Shown one piece after another: positions 39,221 to 53,000 of a stretch of 64,000 bases of DNA. Made by a program: the position numbers and the translations under genes. The notes under the pieces are model-generated. The model saw nothing but the letters and a program-made list of their open reading frames with translations. It had not been told where the DNA came from and did not search any database. The stretch's first letter is position 1, and each line of letters opens with the position of its first letter. Source of the stretch: Cycas panzhihuaensis (Eukaryota > Plantae > Cycadophyta); contig CM041465.1 in the NCBI GenBank assembly GCA_023213395.1, positions 204,793,741-204,857,740 on the forward strand, in the 5' to 3' direction.

Positions 39221-42200
39221 AATATTAAATCATATTATATAACTCCTTCAAATATTAATGTCAAGTCTATATAAAAACCAAACATCTATTAAAACATATG
39301 GGTAACTAGTTGTTGTACCTACCAATCCTCTAAAATGGTCTGGTACATGGTTTACCAATATTTATATACCAAGTAGACTTCACTTGCTCCTATTTCACTT
39401 ATTTTTTACTCTCCTAATTGAGGTCATACCTATAGGAGATGAATTGAGCTTAAAACCCTTAACCCCATCCACTACATTATGGAACAAACCTACAAAAATG
39501 GTTATCTAAGTAGAAACATATGATAAAACACATCTTTTTTTAATTACATGCTCTATTTTAACACCTTATCAAATCAATATCTAAATTTTATACCATTAAA
39601 ACCATCTTAAAAATTCCTCAAAGGATATCATGGGACCACTCATTAGAAAGCCCCATGAGTCAGATTTGTAACATAACTAACGACACTTAATTATAACGTC
39701 GTATGAGGAAGTTATAATTATGTTTGTAACCATAAGTACACTTTTGGTTTTAAAAAGGTCAAAAAATAAAAAGGCCCTTTATGTGTTGGCTCTCGATCAC
39801 ATCGTAATATCCCATGTGACCTCCCAAGAGGATTATGAACTTAAAAAATATATTTAAAATATTTTAATACATCTCACTAAAGTCTTAAAATTTTAGAAAA
39901 TAGAAAAAAAAATCTCGCTTCATATTTCATCCATTAGGAGGTGTCTAACACAAAGAAAAGTTGTCAAACTTCTCTTAAATCTACCCAACCTCTAGTGGAG
40001 CCAATAAATAGCTAGACAGAGCTCAAAATCACATTAGCATGCTACCTAAACATTGATGTATTTCCTATAATAGATATAAAGCCAAATATAAGCAAAATAA
40101 GAAAAAAAAAGGGTCCAAAAGCATATCAAAATTGTACAAACCCTGATTAGTTCTTCTTATATAAATATGGATCTCAAAGCAGCTTGTAGCCTCTACCATA
40201 TCCTTAGATCCCCCCCCCCCCTCTCCCCCCCCCACAATGACCTACTGTAACTCATAAATAGGAGAGATCCTTCATCCAATGCTCTAATTTCTTCATTGAA
40301 AGAAATGATTCCTTATTAACCTCTTATAAACCATCCATCCTGACTTCATCATATTTCGTTACATAATACGATGATTATTCCTTATACAAATCCATTTGGT
40401 CCATCTAGATCCCCTTCTTTTTCATACTACCAAAATTGTTTTCTTCTATTAAATATTTTATTTTCTCTGAATATCATTCCTAAAATCCTATTAAACTCTT
40501 TCATAAAGAACATATATCACTATCCCCTCATCCATCTTTATCCCTAAAGAATTCTTGTGGTCAAACAAATATTTTACAAATTCTCACTCAAGTCAAAATC
40601 TAAACTTCATCATTTCTTTCTATACCTTCAAAGTTATGGCTGATTACCATTCAAACTTCCACTTCTTCTATTTTATTTTTCATTAAATAATCATTAATCG
40701 AGACCAATATAATTAATTTTTTTATATAAACCCAAAATTCCATCATAACATCCCCTAAAAAATTCTTTAGTATTCTAATAACCTCTCATTCCATAAGCCA
40801 TTCCATTAGAGGATAAAATATACAAACATAAAACAAGGCTAAGACAAGGCATTTGAGGTATCTCACAAATCCTAGGATCCTTTTCTTATAGGATAACTCA
40901 CAACATATACCTAGCCCCAAGAATGAGCATCAATAAATTCAAAACACTCCTTAGAATCTAATAGAAGCCAATTAGACCTAGTCTTCATGACATATAAGAG
41001 TTTATAGGTGGTGGCTATAAGAACTAGTTAAAAGCTAAACAAAGTCAAGCAATAAATAATTTCTAATACTTCAAGTGTGAGGTATTATTTTAAGGAGAGG
41101 GGAATTATAGCAATTCTAAAATAAAGAGGAAGTCAATTTTATATATTATTATGAAGTCAATTTTTAGGAGGATTAAAGAGAGAATCAATTAATATATTTT
41201 ATTATAAAGTTAATTTTTTTAAACAGAAAAATCAAGAGTTAGTTTTGAGAGAGGAAATAAAGGCTATAAATAGAAAATCCTTAATCACTTATAATTTATT
41301 CTTAGAGGATTTATTATACTTGGAATAATGGCCTCACACCATTAGGTCATATCCATACCAAATTGAAGGATTACTCTTACTTTAAACAATGTTGTAATTG
41401 CTAGATATTGTACCAAGTTCTATTATTATGATATTATTATTTATTACTTTAATTATTATTATAATTTATTAATGTGCAGATATTATACTACATAGATAGA
41501 TAAATTATATCTATTGAGTGATATTTTAAATGGATTTACTATTATAAAGATATGATATCTACTATGAATATTACCATTATCTACTGGAAATACGTTTTTT
41601 TTTTTGTTATTCAAAAATTGGGCCCACTACAAAAATGATCTAAAAAGTTCTTAAGTAATTGTAAACTATTATTAATTGAATTAGGTGGGAGTTTAATAAA
41701 TTAAAAAGTATTAATATCCCCTAAAATTATATAAGGGAATAGTATCATTATAATTTTGGATAATGTTAAGAAAAGCATTGACATACTTCTCAAGGTCCTC
41801 ATTTAGTTTACCATAAAAACTTAGGTAAATTGAGGGGTATAATGGGAATATCTATAAGGTATAATGGGCATATCTAGTATAGATATTAGTATGACTAATA
41901 GAGACAATATGATATAAGCAAGGCATCAAAATTGAGATGAGGTGAGACTAATGCTAGAATATGCAATAGAACAGGATTAACTACCTGATGTAAAACACAT
42001 CGTGACTTTTAAAGTCAAGTACTATTGAGAATAATGTTGAATTATAGCAAATATAGAAATAATAATAAAAGTTGCTAAATATGAAGTAGTAAAATTGTGA
42101 GGGGAAAGGTATGGATCAGCTAACTAACAAAGGGTAAAAGACTCCTTAAGGGTATGGGGATGAAGAGGAGATAAGCTTTTTAGTTGACAAGAAAACTTAC

Positions 42201-42319
42201 TAAGGTTAACTAAAATCTTAGAACACCAACATGGCATTATAAAAAAAAGAAAGTTAAAGGTGACAAACTACTAGATAACGATTCAAATCCCTAGTATGGT
42301 CACTAGAAAAATAAATTTA

Positions 42320-42956
42320 GGAAATATGATAACCTCAAGTATACCTAGTGTAAAGTTGAGATTATATTCAAGTTAAAATTTAATTAATTAAAAGTAAGAT
42401 TAATCAAGGAGGTACTCAATTAAGTGATAGTAAAGTGTGTATCACCTTAAATATGAAAGTATAGCTTGAAGGGTTCAAAGAACCTAAACGACAAAAAAAT
42501 GACCTAGAAAAAAAGGTATTTAACCTACTACAAAGAAAATACTAGTACTAAGCTATCATGCTAATATTTTCTCCATAGTAAGGCAAGAATGGTTACCTTA
42601 AAGCTTTTAAGGCTACCTATTCACTCATTCAACTAAGGATTACTAGGTGGTCTCCCTTGGCTATGCAACCTTAATCCTTACTAGAATCATCATCTCTAAC
42701 CTTGGTGATAAACTTTAATAAAAACCATAATATGCCTCAATCAATAATAAGTAGTATAGGCAGTGGCAAGATAAATCCCTCTATGGTCTCCTTAGAGAGA
42801 GTCATTTAGCCAACTATAACTTCACAACACACTCCTAAAGAGCAAGCATAGAGTTAGCCCACTTATCTTTAATATCCCCATAGTTATCAAAGTTTACTTA
42901 ATAGGCCAGGTTTTTATGAATAGGTCCTAATAGGTAAAGTGTACCAATGTGACTAC
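42320..42956. repeat. ~2.7-kb dispersed repeat, copy 2, left part
   Basis: Homologous to 8245-8890; interrupted by copia D. Confidence 0.9.
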
Positions 42957-43822
42957 TGTTGAAATATAATGTTTTATCTAGGATAGAAAAGGGGGTCATG
43001 TTAGACCCACCCTTAATATACTCATAAGATCATGCCACTTGGCAGTATCTGAGTGATCGGTTACATTAGTGGTTGTAATCATCACATCATTGTTGTATAC
43101 TTAAGCAGATTGAATCTTAATAGACAAATGTACATTCTTTCCTCTGTCTGATTCCACTCTATTTTTCAACATGGTATCAGAGCAGGCTGCCCAAACTGAT
43201 ATTTTTTGAAAGGATTCTTCTATTTGCCAGTTCTATCAGGGGTTGAAGCATCAATCAAGGCAGTTAGGTCAATCACCATCATTATTTCTACGTAAATGCG
43301 AAATTATGCGAACACATCAGACGTCATTTTTCAATAGTGTCGGATCACGACGAAATTTCATGGGGAAGTAGATCGAAGCATGCCAAACATATTTCTCTTC
43401 TGGAGCACAGCCATTTGAAGTCGTTTTCTAGCCTGAATCAAGCCTGAACCAGTCCGCGCATTTTTGGAGGAACCAGGGCAAAAATCTTCACGATTTTCTC
43501 AAAAACTCGGGTATTTCTGGTCCAAAATCCTTCCTACTGTAAATACGTTAAATTTACATCTAAAATTGAAGATTTATTTTGAGTTTTTCCAGTGATTTTC
43601 TTCAAAAACTGATTTTCTGCCCTAGCCGCCGTTTTTCCTTCTAGAGCCATTTTCTCTCGTTTGAAAGGTCCTTTCGAAAAATTGACTTCAGATCCACATA
43701 GGCGACTGAAAAATCTTCATTTTGAGATATAATTTTATTTGGGCTGTACACATAGGGTTTTGTACGGAAATCCATACAGCCGTATGGACTGGCTCTAAAT
43801 CAGGGTTTTTACCTAAAAAATC

Positions 43823-44159
43823 ATGTCTTCCTCTCTCATTACTTTACCTGAACTAGAAAAATTGACTGGTTCAAATTACCATGTATGGAAAATTAAAATG
43901 GAAACCATTCTGAGGATGAAAGATGCCTGGGAAATTGCTGAAGGGACAGAAAAACGTCCTCCTACTGGTGATGACAAGTTGAGGAGTTGGATTGAAAGAA
44001 ACAACATGGGTAGTCTCATTTTAAAAATGTCTATTTTGATTACATTCTTATTTATGTTGAGAAACTGAACCAGGCTTTTGAAATCTGGAAATGTCTAGAA
44101 AATTTATATGGACAAAAGAATAAGGCGAGAATAATCGCACTCAAAGAAGAGTTGTACAA
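43823..44159 (+). pseudogene. gag N-terminus of copia D, before the LINE insertion
   Basis: MSSSLITLPELEKLTGSNYHVWKIKMETIL...ALKEELYK. Confidence 0.95.
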
Positions 44160-44464
44160 GAGGAAGGACGCGGCCCTCCTAATCACTCAACAATCAGTTC
44201 ATCAGACCCTTTCGGGGAGCTTTTGATTCTCAGGGGGGAGATCTGGGGCTTATTGCATGTGTTTTGGATGCAAACTCCTCGGAGAGCAGTTTTGAAGCTA
44301 AAATGGTATGCATTTATTTTTGCATGGAGCATTCCATCTTGTTTTTGAATTTTAAATAAATGGAAATAGATCATATTCCTCAATATCAGAACCAGACCCT
44401 AGCTTTGTTGTGGGGAAAACTTAGGACGTTTGAAAACAAAGCGATGAGGAAACCTTTGACCTAA

Positions 44465-45687
44465 CACGTGTTCGAGGATAACAAAGCGGTCAAGATCCCC
44501 AGCTCGTGGAAAAAAGCGAAAAATTATGGGAGAATTGCCTAGTGGGTAGATTCTCGGGCCCCTGCATCAGTGGAAGCCATTAGGACATGGACTAAGACAA
44601 AATGGAAAACTGGGAACTGTGTGGAGGTAATAGCCATGCCCAAGGGCTGTGTGCTTTTTAAATTTGCCTCCTTCGAGGACATGTCTAGCATTTTACTCAG
44701 GGCTCCTTGGATGTTTGGACGGAAGGCCCTCTCTCTTGAGAAATGGCATAGGGGTTTTGATCCCTCGAGCCCTAAAATCTGATAAGCCCCCATCTGGATC
44801 CAACTTCCGGGACTTCCCCTTCACCACTGGAACCCTGAGGTCTTCAGAGGCATAGCGAAACTGGTGGGCCCTTTATTAGCAGTCGACTCCGCGATGAAGA
44901 ATAGGAGTAGGCTCATTAATGCCAGAATCTGCGCCCTGGCAAGATTAGACAAACCGCTATTGGATGATATTTGGATGGACCTGCCAGACGAGAGCTAGAC
45001 ACAACCGTTGATCTATGAGCTGGACCACTTTAGATATTCAACATGTAGAGTTTTGAGGCATCTGCCCCAAAAGTGCCCGGGAGTGCAACCCTCCAAGGAG
45101 GACAAGGTGGAAGACCCGCTAGAATCAATCCCCCAAGGAAATGGGGAGGGTGTTGAACACCCAGCACCATTGGAAACTGTTGTTGCCCCCTCCCCGATCT
45201 TGGCTTTTAACCCAGACGAGGAGGACACGCTGTTTGAGGAAGATCAAGTAGCCCAGATTCCTATGCCTCAGGAGGATTTGGCGAGTGTGGAGGGAGCGGG
45301 GGGTCCTTCCCTCTCCGGTGAAGGTTCTCCGGTCCACTCCGAACAGCTGGGACCATTAAGGCAATGGGTAGAGGAGAAGGCTGGGTCAGCGGCTGATATG
45401 CCCTTGGAGGCTGAAGGGAATCAGGGGCTTGACAGATTGGAGGAGCCGACAGATGTAGGGAGGGCGGCCCCCGATTCATTACCGCTTCTGGTTCAGAAGA
45501 AGCCTGATGTGGGGACCGAGAAGAAGGTTGGCAGACCTCCTTCTAGGTTGCAAAGAGAAAAAGATTACCGCCTGTAGACCTAGGTACCCAGAAAACTCTC
45601 AAGGAAGCTTTCCTCGAAGGACCTATTCTCAGATCCAAGATAGCGGCAGATCCCCAAAAGGGGATACTGCAGAGGTTTGGAAATTGA
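44465..45687 (+). pseudogene. LINE ORF1 (DUF4283-type domain, decayed zinc knuckle, low-complexity tail)
   Basis: LWENCLVGRF, APWMFGRKALSLEKW, PIWIQLPGLP, ARIC, STCRVLRHLPQKCP, GRPPSR, LGTQKTL; stops and frameshifts. Confidence 0.85.
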
Positions 45688-45697
45688 GAAAGAAGCG

Positions 45698-48600
45698 ATG
45701 AGAATCTTGACATGGAATATTAGGGGACTGAATGCCCCCTCGAAGCAAAGAATCATTAAGGACATGAGAACCAGACACCAATTGGATCTAGTATTTCTGC
45801 AAGAAACAAAGTTATGCAAGGAAAATGGGCCAAAGATCCGAAGCAAAATTTGGAAGCAAGCGGAAGGGTTAGAGAGGGACTATAGCCAAGGGGTTGGGGG
45901 CCTAATGGTGCTCTGGAACCCTTCTACTTGGTCGGGAGAAATTTTTTTGGTTGAGGACTCCTTCATCTCGGTTCAGTTAACGAACAAAAGTAATAACATA
46001 TCGTGGATCACTACTAATGTCTATGCCCCAACTCTCCAAATAGCTAGGAAGAGGCTCTGGGAGAAATTGATCGAGGTTCACAAAGATTGCAAGCTCCCGT
46101 GGTTGCTGGCAGGGGACTTCAACTCGGCTCTTTCCCCTGGTGATAAGAGAGGAGGCACGGAGGGATGGACCTCAGGTATGGAGGAGTTTGGCGTTTTCCT
46201 TCAACAGGGGGGGTTGGAAGATGTTAGTCTTAGGGGGGTGTCCTTCACCTAGTCCAACAAGAGGTTGGGAAATAGCCTTATTCAAATCAAGCTGGACAGG
46301 GTGTTGGTCAACTATGACTGGATGCGTTGCTTCTCTGACTATGCCCTAGAGGCATTGCCAAGGATCAGCTCTGATCACTCGCCCCTTCTAATGAATTTTT
46401 CAGACCCGAGTAAATTTGTCGGGGCCCCTTTCAGATTTGAATTAATGTGGTTACGTCATCCAGACCTGTGGAGGAAAATTGAGGAATGGTGGGGTATTGA
46501 TATTAAGGGACACGCCATGTATAGATTTTCAAAGAAGCTGGACTGGGTCAAAAAATAAATTAAGGCCTGGAACAAGGAAGTTTTTCATAGCTTAAACGAT
46601 CAAAAGGATAAAATTAGCCAGGAGTTGAAAGGCATAGGGGATCAAATTGAGCGGTGGGGCAGATCAGAGGAGTTTGACAAGGTTGAGAAGGAGCTCACAG
46701 AGACTATGGAGGAGATCCTCAAAATAGAAGAGATCCATTGGAGACAAAAATCTAGGGCCCTCTGGCTGGCCGAAGGAGACAGGAATACTAGATTTTTCCA
46801 CATGACCACAGTAAAACATAGGGCGAGCAATAGAATCAAGTCTCTTCATAAGGAAGATGGTTCTGTTGTTAACTCAGACGAGGACATGAAGGAGATGGCA
46901 TGCGATTACTTTAAGAACCTATTCACTGAACCGCTGGGCGGGAACGAGGAAAGGAGGAAAGACTTTCTGAACAATATACCCTGTTTGGTGAATGAAGAAT
47001 AGAATGCTCAGCTCACAGCTCCTTTTTCTCAAGAGGAGGTCAGGATGGCTCTCTTCAGGATGAAGAAAGACAAAGCGCCTAGCCCTGATGGTTTCCCCCC
47101 AGGATTCTTTCAAGAATTCTGGGACATTATTAAGGGGGATCTCATGGAAGCAATAAAGGAGTTTGAAGTGAACAGAAAGATTCTACAAGAATGGCAGACC
47201 ACTTTTCTTGTCCTTATTCCGAAAAAAGAAGGGGCTAATAGGATGGAGGACTTCCGCCCTATTAGCCTCTGCAATGTTAAATACAAAATCATAACGAAGG
47301 TCCTGGTGAATAGAATGAAGAAAATCATGCCAAACATCATTTCCCAGAATCAAGATGGTTTCCTCCGGGGCAGGCAGATTTATGATGGCTATATTGTTGT
47401 CCACGAAACACTCCATTCAGCGGCGGAGAGGAAGGATCCACTGATGCTTGTCAAGATTGACCTATCGAAAGCTTTCGATAGGGTCTCCTGGGACTGCTTG
47501 TTAGAATGCCTTGGTGCTTTTGGTTTTGGGGAGACTTGGCGGTCTTGGATAAAATTATGCAATGGAAACCCGCAATACTCTGTTATCATAAATGGCTCTT
47601 CCTCCAAATTTTTTCTGGGATATAGGGGGTTGAGGCAGGGTGACCCTCTCTCTCCCTTTCTGTTTATCACGATGGCTGAGCTCCTGAGCAGAACATTGGA
47701 GTCCGCCAAAAGGGAGGGAGTTATAAAAGGCATAAAACTGACATCTGGGGTGGATACGGTGGCCCATCATCAATTCGTGGATGACAACATATTCTTAGGG
47801 AGGGCTGCTTTGGGCGAAGCCTCCAAATTCAAAGAGATTCTAGTCCACTTTGAGGAAGCCACGAACCAAAAGATAAATTTGAACAAGAGTAATGTATTCT
47901 TCTTAAATACCCCGGGCCAAGCTCAAGGCAGGATAAGCAGAATCCTAGGGATGAGTATCAAAAAGCTCCCCTCTATTTACCTTGGGCTGCCACTCTTTGT
48001 TGGGAGAATGACTAAGGACATGTGGAATCCCCTCATTGATAGGATGCAAAAGAAGTCAAGGTGGAAAGGCGCCCTTCTTAGTCTTGCCGGGAAACTCCAG
48101 CTAGTCGCATCGACGCTGCAGAGTATTCCAGTATATTGGATGTCTATATTCAGAGTCCCGACGGGCATTGCAAATATTATTGAATCTATCCAGAAAAGAT
48201 TCCTTTGGTCTGGAACGGAGAGTAAAGACAGAATACACTTGGTTAGCTGGAATAAAGTCTGCACCCCGAAATGGGCTGGCGGCCTTAACCTGAGAAGGAT
48301 TCCTCCTTTTAACACTGCTCTAGGGGCTAAGTTGGGGTGGCGTCTACTAAAAGGGGGTGAGAGACCTTGGGAGAAGATACTAGCTAGAAAATACATTCAA
48401 GGGGGTTCCCTTATTGAGAATGATGCCTCCCAGGTTGGCTCCATTGTCTAGAGAAGCATTCTTAAAGCATGGAGAGTTATAAGAAAAGGATTGAAATGGA
48501 GAGTTGGAGATGGTGCCTCCATAAGGTTTTGGGAGGATGCTTGGTGCTGTGACAATGCTCTTAAGGACTATCCCGACCTGGTACCTATTATGGGGCCCTG

Positions 48601-49864
48601 TGTCAGGCAATATGGCACTCAGGTTAAGGATTATTGGACCGGAAGTAGAAAATACAAGCGATGGAAGCCTCTGGAGGAAATTCAAGGAGAAAGACTGCAA
48701 GAAGGCCTAAATAAGGTAAAAAAGATCCTTCGTAAGAATTATATACCCAAAATAACTTCGCCGGATACGGTTGTGTGGCCTTTAGGCCCGTCTGGGGATT
48801 ACACAGTAAAACAAGGATATCATTTCCTTTGTTTAACCAGAGGTGATCAGAGAAATCCAACCCTGGAAGGGGTTTGGAAGCTCCCTATTATTCCCAAGAT
48901 AGTAATTTTCTGGTGGACCTGCCTCAAGAACAAAATCCTCACTTTGGATAACCTGAAGAAGAGAGGTATTGAGCTAGCAAATAGATGCATCTTATGCTGT
49001 TCTGAGGAAGAATCTATGGACCACATTTTCATTGGGTGCGCATACACCAGAGAGGTTTGGAGGATGGTTCTCAGGAAATTTGAGGTATGCTGGACATTTT
49101 CAAAAGGGACTTTCGATTTATGGCTTGGCTTAGCCCTTTAGAAGCGAGAACCACAATGCATCTCGAACGTGGCGCTCCGATGTGGCTTGGAACATATGGA
49201 AAGAAAGGAATCGGCGTATTTTCCAGGATCACCAGATGGATCAGATAGCCATCTTCAACAGAATATCCTTGGATATTAAGGAAAACGCTAGTAATGTGAA
49301 GGAAAACGATTTCTACAGAGAGGCAGGATTCTTAGTAAATGGGGATATCTCCTGCTTTTGAAGCTGAGGACCGACGTAGTTGGCAGCCTCCTGAGGAGAC
49401 ATGGAGCAAAGTTAATTTTGATGGGGCTGCAAAAGGGAATCCTGGGAAGGCTGGGGCGGGTATCTCAGGATAGCTCGGCTCCCCATCCGGCATTCGCAGA
49501 TTACTATGAATGTCAGACAAACCACTATGCGGAAATGCAAGCCATGTTCAAGGTGCTCAACCTGGCAGTTAAAGAGAACCTTCAGCGTCTGGTATTAGAG
49601 GGGGATTCAGAGGTGGTGATAAAGACTTTAAAAGGTGAGGATCTCCCAGATTGGAGATTCCAGGCCCTTTTCAATGATGCCAAAGAGCTCATGAAGGGAC
49701 TGGTTGAAGTCCGCATAAGGCATACTTACAGAGAAGGAAACAAACCAGCTGATTTCTTGGCAAATTGGGGGGCAAGGCATCAGGAAGGTCAAGTGTGGAA
49801 GAGTGATTTCCCTAGGGATCTTATGGTTCTGATAGAGAAGGATATGATTCATAGCAATGCCTAG
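45698..49864 (+). pseudogene. LINE ORF2: AP endonuclease, RT, zf-RVT and archaeal-type RNase H
   Basis: MRILTWNIRGL, LQETK, GDFNS, KLDRV, SDHSP; DFRPISLCN, KAFDRV, LRQGDPLSP, QFVDD; RCILC..ESMDHIF; KVNFDGAAKGNPG, LEGDS, HTYREGNKPADFLAN. Several in-frame TAG/TAA stops. Confidence 0.96.
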
Positions 49865-50009
49865 TGGGGCTTGTCCCACAGAGATAGCTCGCCTAGATCG
49901 GGGTTGTCACGGTCAAATATCTCTTGGTAGCTCAAGGCTCCCTGATGTATTAGGTTATGGGACCCTGTTCAAACCCACTATAAATTCATTTTATCTTACC
50001 AAAAAAAAA

Positions 50010-53000
50010 AAAGAAGAGTTGTACAAACTTCACATGAAAGAAAATGAAGAAGTAGAAGAATTCGTGTATAAAATCATCACTGTGAGAAATAATCTCCTGA
50101 GTGCTGGAGGCATAATATCTGAACAAGATCTTGTAGAAATCAGAAGAAGGTCGCCAAAATCATTTGATACCATTGTCAACACTATCACTGATAGTGATAG
50201 GTTAGATAAATTAACTCTTGATGAATTGACAGGTCTGCTACTAAGACAGGAACAGAGAAACAAAAGATATGAAAACACGACAGAGTTAGAAGATGCATTT
50301 GCATCCAGATTGAATCTCGGGCCAAGAGGAAGACAACAATTTCGTGCACCAAGCAGAATGTTAGATTCCAAAGGACGAGGACGCTGGTCAAACTCCAGAG
50401 GACGAGGACGCAGCAGAGAGAATAGAATATGTTACAACTGTGGATGAACTGCACACTTCGCCAGCAATTGCAGAATCTTCGACATATGCTGCTACTGCAG
50501 ACAAAGTGGACATTATCCTTATCAGTGTCCACAAAGACGAAGTGAAATTTATAAAGGAAAATGACCTATTGGCGGATATAGCAAAGAAAAGGATGAAGAA
50601 GAAGAGGAGACGGCCTTCATCACAGCATTGGTTATAGGAATGAAAGACAAAGACATATGGTACATAGATTCAGGAGCCTCTAAACACATGACAAGTCGGG
50701 AAGATTGGTTTCAAACCATGAATCCGTACAATATGGACAAGTCAGTGGAGCTAGGTGACAAGTACTCCCTTAACATAAAAGGGATTGGAATCATTTTAGT
50801 AAACCTAAATGGAAATGAAAGAAAAATTGGAAATGTTCTCTTTGTACCAGACCTGAAGATGAATCTCCTCTCTGTCTCCCAATTGAGCAAAAAGGGGTTG
50901 AAGACCATTTTTGATGAAGAAGGGAATTGCCACATTTTGGATATGAAAAAAGATGGGAAAATTGTTGGAAAAGGGGTCAGATGCAATGACCTTTACAAAC
51001 TTCTGTCAAATCTTGTACTTCCTTATTTGGAAGAAAAAGCTTGTACTGCTCTTAAATCTAATAATAAAGTATGGCATTTAAGGTATGGACATCTCTCAAT
51101 TGACACACTTAAACAGATGGAAAAGTCAGAAATGGTAAATGGTTTACCTAATATTTCCTCAGATACATTTGTTTGTAAAGGTTGTCAACTTGAAAAATAG
51201 CATAGACTTCCTTTTAAGGAAAGCACTTGGAAATCTCAGTCTAAATTAGAACTGATACACACAGACATCTGTGGTCCAATTTCACCTCTGTCAATTAATG
51301 GACGCAGATACTTCTTAACTTTCATTGATGACTTCACCCTAAAGGTATGGGTATATTTCTTGCATAATAAGTCAGAAGTCTTTGAAACATTTAAAGAATT
51401 TAAGGCAGAAGTTGAGTTAGAATCGGGAATGAAAATCAAATGCATCAGGTCAGATGGAGGAGGAGAATATATGTCAAAAGAGTTTCTAAATTACTGCAAA
51501 TATAGAGGAATTCATAGACAAGTTACAACTCCTTATACTCCTCAGTCAAATGGAGTAGCTGAAAGAAAGAATATAACTTTGATGGAAATGGCTCGAAACA
51601 TGATGTATGGGACAAAAATATCCAAGACATACTGGGCAGAAGTAGTCAGCACAACATGCTATTTGATAAACAGAAGTCCAACCCGGACATTGAAGAATGT
51701 CACTCCAGAAGAAGCTTAGACAGGGTAGAAACCCGATGTAAGTTTTCTCAAAGTTTTTGGCAGTCAAGCATTTGTGCATATTCCTGATAAAAGGAGGTCC
51801 AAATTAGATGCAAAAAGCATAGAATGTGTCTTGATAGGATATAGTAAAAATTCAAAGGCATATAAGTGCATAGATCTAAGAACAAATAGAATCTATGTGA
51901 GTAGAGATGTCGTCTTTAATGAAGATAGCTCAGATGAATCCTCACAAATTAAAGTAATAGAAAATGAAAAGGAACTAGAAACTGCCGGACACAGAATAAT
52001 GCAAGAAGATGAGCAAGAAAGTCAGTCAGAAATTACTTCAGAAAACCAAGAAACTGAAAAAGGAAATGATTCAGAAATCACTTCAGAAGAAGGACAAGCT
52101 AATTCATCGACATCAACCGGTCAGGGAGACACCATTGAAAAAGAAGATTCATCATCATCAACTGGTCAGGGAGACACCGTCGAAAAAGAAGGTCCATGTA
52201 AATGTAAAAAGTTGCCAAAATGGTATATCAAAACTGTTGAAGAAGGAAATATATTAGAACAGAAAACCCAGGGGCAAAGGACGAAAGCCCTTCTAAGTAA
52301 GGTTGAACCACAGAATTTTGAAGAAGCAAAAGATCATCCAGAATGGAGAGAAGCAATGGACAATGAAATAAATTCAATCAAGAAAAATCAAACATGGGAA
52401 TTAGTAGAACTACCTGCTAATAAATCCACTATAAACTGCAAATGGGTTTACAAAACAAAGAAAGGAGTCGATGGCAAAATTGAGAAACACAAGGCAAGGT
52501 TAGTTGCAAAGGGATACACCCAAACTGCAGGCGTAGATTTTGATGAGACCTTCTCTCCAGTAGCAAAGATGAACACAGTAAGGACAGTAATAGCCTTGGC
52601 TGCTGCCCAAGGTTAGGGAATCTCTCATATGGACGTAAAGAGTGCCTTCCTAAACAGTGAACTAGAAGAAGAGGTTTATATGCAACAACCAGAAGGATAT
52701 GCCGAATAGGGAAAGGAGAGTCTAGTCTGCAAATTGAAAAAGGCCTTATATGGTCTAAAACAAGCACCGCGTGCCTGGTATGCAAAATTAGACCACTTTC
52801 TTGAAGAAAATAAGTTTATTCGGTGTAACTCAGACTCCAGTCTGTACATAAGGAAAACGAACAACAAGGTAACAATAATTGTTGTTTATGTAGATGATAT
52901 GCTTCTTCTTTGAATGATGTAGAAGGAATTAAGTGGATCAAAAGTCAACTTCAACAGAAATTTAAAATGATAGACTTGGGTTCACTAAGTTATTACTTGG

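Larger units (their letters stand above)
44160..50009 (+). mobile_element. L1-clade LINE, ~5.85 kb, encoding RNase H, poly(A)-tailed
   Basis: TSD AAAGAAGAGTTGTACAA at 44143-44159 and 50010-50026; poly(A) from 50001; sharp rise in GC content. Confidence 0.97.

Noticed and set aside
40210-40233. Poly-C tract (G-quadruplex potential on the minus strand); similar run at 63703-63714
   Set aside because: Simple homopolymers with no supporting context.
40850-41110. Possible 3' end and PPT of a chromovirus-type gypsy (ttttaaggagagggg)
   Set aside because: Only the PPT-like string is recognisable; no convincing domain or second LTR.
45698-45701. ATGA stop/start overlap between LINE ORF1 and ORF2
   Set aside because: The frame carrying the ORF1-like tail (LGTQKTLKE) stops at 45687; the ORF ending at 45701 is probably a shadow frame.
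49857-50447. 196-aa ORF as a LINE-gag fusion protein
   Set aside because: Chance in-frame run through the LINE 3' UTR and poly(A) into gag; frameshifted downstream.
52104-52191. 45-bp in-frame duplication in the integrase-RT linker of D
   Set aside because: Common in this variable linker; no functional signal.
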